64,000 bases of DNA from Balanoglossus misakiensis (taxonomy: Eukaryota > Animalia > Hemichordata), in assembly GCA_040954595.2 (NCBI GenBank), contig CM082583.2:7562849-7626848 (forward strand), read 5' to 3'. Position 1 is the stretch's first letter; the number at the start of each line of letters is the position of its first letter. Below are positions 62,501-64,000 of this stretch, in pieces. The notes beneath the pieces were generated by a model. The model had not been told where the DNA came from. It did no database searches and worked only from the letters and a program-made list of their open reading frames with translations. The position numbers and the translations under genes are program-made.

Positions 62501-62661
62501 GGGCCATATTCTCGCTCCGCTGCAATATCTGTGGCCTCCGGGGTCATGTCTCTGACCCTATGCTGCTGTCGATCGAGCCAGTGGAATGTCCTCACAAACA
62601 CCAAACCGCACAGTAACACCGCTGAATACACAAAAAATGTTGGTCCCAGTTTTCGACGCAT
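56589..62661 (-). CDS. Glycosyltransferase family 8 (GLT8D-like) type II membrane protein with a C-terminal EGF-like module, 7 coding exons
   Basis: N-terminal TM segment (MRRKLGPTFFVYSAVLLCGLVFV), then IHIILAAD, TVINSILSNT, NYARAYFYRLFP, KAIYLDMDLVV (DxD), FNCGVFVMDL, RWNVEYLG and IIHWTGEGKPF, then CSGRGRC…CEC…FSGRFC*. Confidence 0.85.
58968..59004 (-). terminator. Replication-dependent histone 3' processing signal: stem-loop plus histone downstream element
   Basis: AAAAC GGCCCT-TTTC-AGGGCC ACCACA (stem-loop 59004-58989), then purine-rich GAAAGAGAA (58976-58968). Confidence 0.93.
59032..59589 (-). CDS. Linker histone H1, 185 aa, intronless, nested in intron 2 of the GT8 gene
   Basis: Globular domain HPKTIDMVVEAI…KGSSVQAIKGYI…LRRALKSGLESGLLVRPKGSTASGVTGRLRVGK; Lys/Ala/Pro-rich tail with TPKK motifs. 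Confidence 0.96.
   Translation of the reverse strand: MAESAPVKKTKAKAAPTHPKTIDMVVEAIKTLKDTKGSSVQAIKGYILSHYTTVSASHLTSSLRRALKSGLESGLLVRPKGSTASGVTGRLRVGKLPEKPKKKPAKKPKATPKKKPAKKPKAKTPKKADKPKKTPKKAAAAKKTTKAKTPKKDKKPKKPVKKATTKKTPKKASKPKKPAAKKAKK
59672..59767 (-). promoter_or_regulatory. Histone H1 promoter elements
   Basis: H1 AC-box AAACACA (59767-59761), GC box GGCGGGAC (~59744-59737) and TATA-position element GATAAAG (~59678-59672), in the order expected for H1 genes. Confidence 0.6.
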
Positions 62662-64000
62662 TGCCGGTGGGAAAAAAACTTCAGGAACCCAAATCAAAGA
62701 GAGATCGCGAAGTGCGAAGGCGCGGATGTATGGTAGCGCAGAACTGTCGCACACTGGAAGCCATACACGTGTGGCCGGTAGAGGACAGATTTCATCGACG
62801 TCAACACATTCCTTGGTGATATATTAATACCCTGGTCAACTTTCGATCGCCCAGAACCTATTTAACGGTCGACATCTTCCCCACAGTTCCTTAATTGCCT
62901 TCAGAATCGGAGGAGAAGAGACCAGTCACTGTTCAATAAGTTTCGTTTTTGTCAGCTTGCGTCCACACACATATATACTCCCACTAATACTGGCGTCAGC
63001 TTGCTAGTCTCGTTTTCAAACTCACAGTAGGCTTACCAGATACCAATAAAATCCTTATATTATACCAAACATAGGAAAATCCTCTCCCAAAACAGTTCAC
63101 AACTTGTTTCACATTTCCAAATTGTATTATCTGCTCAGGGTTGCGGAAATCCGCATTTTCAGAAGTTTTCAAACAATAACGATAACAATGAAATTTAAAA
63201 TCGCATTTGCACACATTTACCAATGGAACTTCACTGACTGTTATAGAAACAAACAACATATGCGCTTTCACATCATTCAGTGATTGTACGGTTTACCTTC
63301 AGGGGTCACCTCATTGTATCGATTCTGACACGAACGCTAATCATATAGTCCACCACAAAGGAACGTGTTTTCACACACAGTTTTACCGGCGCTTATCTCT
63401 GTCGATCGGACAACACCTCCGTACATCAGTTTGTGATTGGACGAGTATAAGTAAATTTTACGGGTCTCGGAGTTTTACAGCACACCAAACGGTTTAATTC
63501 CGCAAACCTCCGATCGGTTATGGAAAAACAAGAAACATGATTTTAACAATGTAAATGAGGCAAGGAGAGTCTATACATGTACAAGCAGGCCGAAACTAAT
63601 ACCACCGTAACGAAAAAGTGTAAATTTTGAAAAAAAATATCATGGTCTTTATACACCTCGTGTGGTTAGGGATGGACATTGTGACACAATGTTGGTATAA
63701 TACATGCTTTCTCATTGGCTAATATATCCCAGGTGCACATCGATTTGCATGCGCATGTCACTGTATTTTAGTCACGCCACCATTATGGACGCATACTAGG
63801 ATATCTCCGACACAGAATTTTCAAGCGAAGTGGAACGGTTTTGTTCTCAGTTTGACAACCCGATACCACGGAATAACAGACGTCGACAAGATTTTAAACT
63901 AACGGTAAAACGGGTATGTGAAAGGCTCCCGTGAACAGTGCATAATTGACGGAAAACGGAGACATCGCGTACCACAAAATGCCCGCAAGTCAACCAGGTG

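Noticed and set aside
63979-64000. AAA ATG CCC GCA… as a possible start of a next gene
   Set aside because: Only 22 nt are visible, so it cannot be supported.

Overview
Intron-rich animal genomic DNA, probably from an invertebrate deuterostome (inferred from gene content only). Genes in order: probable first exon of a gene running off the left edge (-); TUBGCP4 (+); two tandem ARSB/I/J-type arylsulfatases (+); a two-exon gene missed by the ORF track that encodes a 198-aa secreted, extremely Asp/Glu/Tyr-rich protein (-); a divergent SUR-type ABCC8/9-like transporter (+); POLR3A (-), head-to-head with a MYEF2/hnRNP M homologue (+); and a GT8 glycosyltransferase with a C-terminal EGF-like module (-). 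The GT8 gene carries an intronless histone H1 nested on the same strand in intron 2. Main highlights: (1) the nested H1 has an oocyte-type (H1.8/B4-like) globular domain but replication-dependent stem-loop/HDE 3' signals; (2) the orphan acidic Tyr-periodic secreted protein, a candidate poly-sulfotyrosine or mineral-binding protein, lies tail-to-tail with the sulfatase pair; (3) five U12-type introns in three neighbouring genes, including two AT-AC introns and one candidate in the ABCC gene; (4) an 8-nt microexon that supplies RNP1 of the MYEF2/hnRNP M homologue; (5) several MITEs and transposon footprints. All gene models were assembled by eye from splice signals and remembered family motifs; no database search was run.
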